Source: Candidatus Eiseniibacteriota bacterium (GTDB taxonomy: Bacteria > Eisenbacteria > RBG-16-71-46). From it: a DNA stretch of 64,000 nucleotides. The notes beneath the pieces are model-generated. The model had not been told where the DNA came from. It saw only the letters and a program-made list of their open reading frames with translations, and made no database searches. Positions 63,259-64,000 of this stretch are shown in pieces; the first letter of the stretch is position 1, and each line of letters starts with the position of its first letter. The stretch is from the NCBI GenBank assembly GCA_963744995.1, contig CAVUWA010000002.1, positions 736,001 to 800,000 of the forward strand, in the 5' to 3' direction. The translations under genes were made by a program, and so were the position numbers.

Positions 63259-64000
63259 TCAGCCCTGCGGCGCCCTGCGTTCGGCGCTTCCCACCGGCGC
63301 GGCGCGCCGCTCCGCCTGGCGCGCACGCACCGCGCCGCGCTCGAGGTCCACGCGCCCGAGCAGCCACGCACCGCCGATGAAGAACGGCAGCAGCGTGAGC
63401 ACCGCAAAGCGGCCGGCGCCCGAGAGCTGGGCGACCAGCCCGAACAGTAACGGACCGAGGACGCCGGCGAGTTTCTCGCTCACCGAATAGAACCCGAACA
63501 GTTCGCCCAGCTGGCCGCGCGGGACGAGCGCGGCGAACATCGAGCGCGACAGCGACTGCGTACCGCCCTGCACCAGCGCGACGAGCGTCGCAATGGCCCA
63601 GAACTGCCAGGCACTGCGCATGAAGAAGCCGAGGATCGTCACCACCACGTAGCCCGCGAGGCCGAGCGCGACGGCGCGCTGCGGCCCGAGCGGGCCGGCC
63701 AGGCGGCCGAACGCGAGGCTCGCGGGCGCCGCGACGATCTGCACGAGCAGCAGCGCCCCGATCAGGTGGCTGCGGCCGATGCCGATCTCGCTGCCGTAGA
63801 CCGTCGCCATCTTGATGACGGTGCCGATGCCGTCGCTGTAGAGCCAGAACGCGATCAGGAACGTGATCAGCTCGGGCTGGGTGCGGATCCGGCGCAGCGT
63901 CCGCAGGATGCGCGCGAATGCGGCGCCGGCCGCTTCGCCGACGCCGAGCCCGGCTCTCTGCGGGCGCGGCTCGGGCACGGTGCGGAACAACGGAATCGAG
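63259..64000 (-). CDS. MFS transporter, UMF1/Atg22-like, 5' part outside the window
   Basis: FWLYSDGIGTVIKMA, QGGTQSLSRS, FGFYSVSEK..GVLGP. Confidence 0.88.
   Translation of the reverse strand, partial: SIPLFRTVPEPRPQRAGLGVGEAAGAAFARILRTLRRIRTQPELITFLIAFWLYSDGIGTVIKMATVYGSEIGIGRSHLIGALLLVQIVAAPASLAFGRLAGPLGPQRAVALGLAGYVVVTILGFFMRSAWQFWAIATLVALVQGGTQSLSRSMFAALVPRGQLGELFGFYSVSEKLAGVLGPLLFGLVAQLSGAGRFAVLTLLPFFIGGAWLLGRVDLERGAVRARQAERRAAPVGSAERRAPQG

Overview
GC-rich bacterial DNA from a diderm. Repeated C-terminal FlgD-Ig/T9SS-CTD-like domains, a kinase-TolB fusion and YCF48-like surface proteins suggest an FCB-affiliated lineage such as Ca. Eisenbacteria (inference only). Bases 1-5815 are a mobile island, in order: a truncated P-loop kinase, an IS481-family element, an intact tyrosine integrase coupled to a TIMP-like secreted cargo gene, an att-like region with a promoter plus only the 5' half of tRNA-Arg(CCT) broken at the anticodon loop, a dead paralogous integrase fragment with its own cargo, and an IS110/IS1111-type element whose non-coding ends copy its own junction sequences (candidate bridge/seek RNA guides). 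The rest is chromosomal backbone: transporters, a Cyc2-like cytochrome-porin, a cluster of secreted proteins (PQQ dehydrogenase, hydrazine-synthase-alpha-like haem protein, two YCF48/BNR paralogues), frameshifted pruA, an EVE-ligA-polX operon, a BNR-propeller/MoaD pair, Memo (AmrB), a TonB-dependent receptor, a Ser/Thr kinase, a sulfatase fusion, a cytochrome b/molybdoenzyme pair, glpDK and small stress/detox genes. No rRNA, intact tRNA or CRISPR array was seen. All calls come from manual motif reading; no database search was run.
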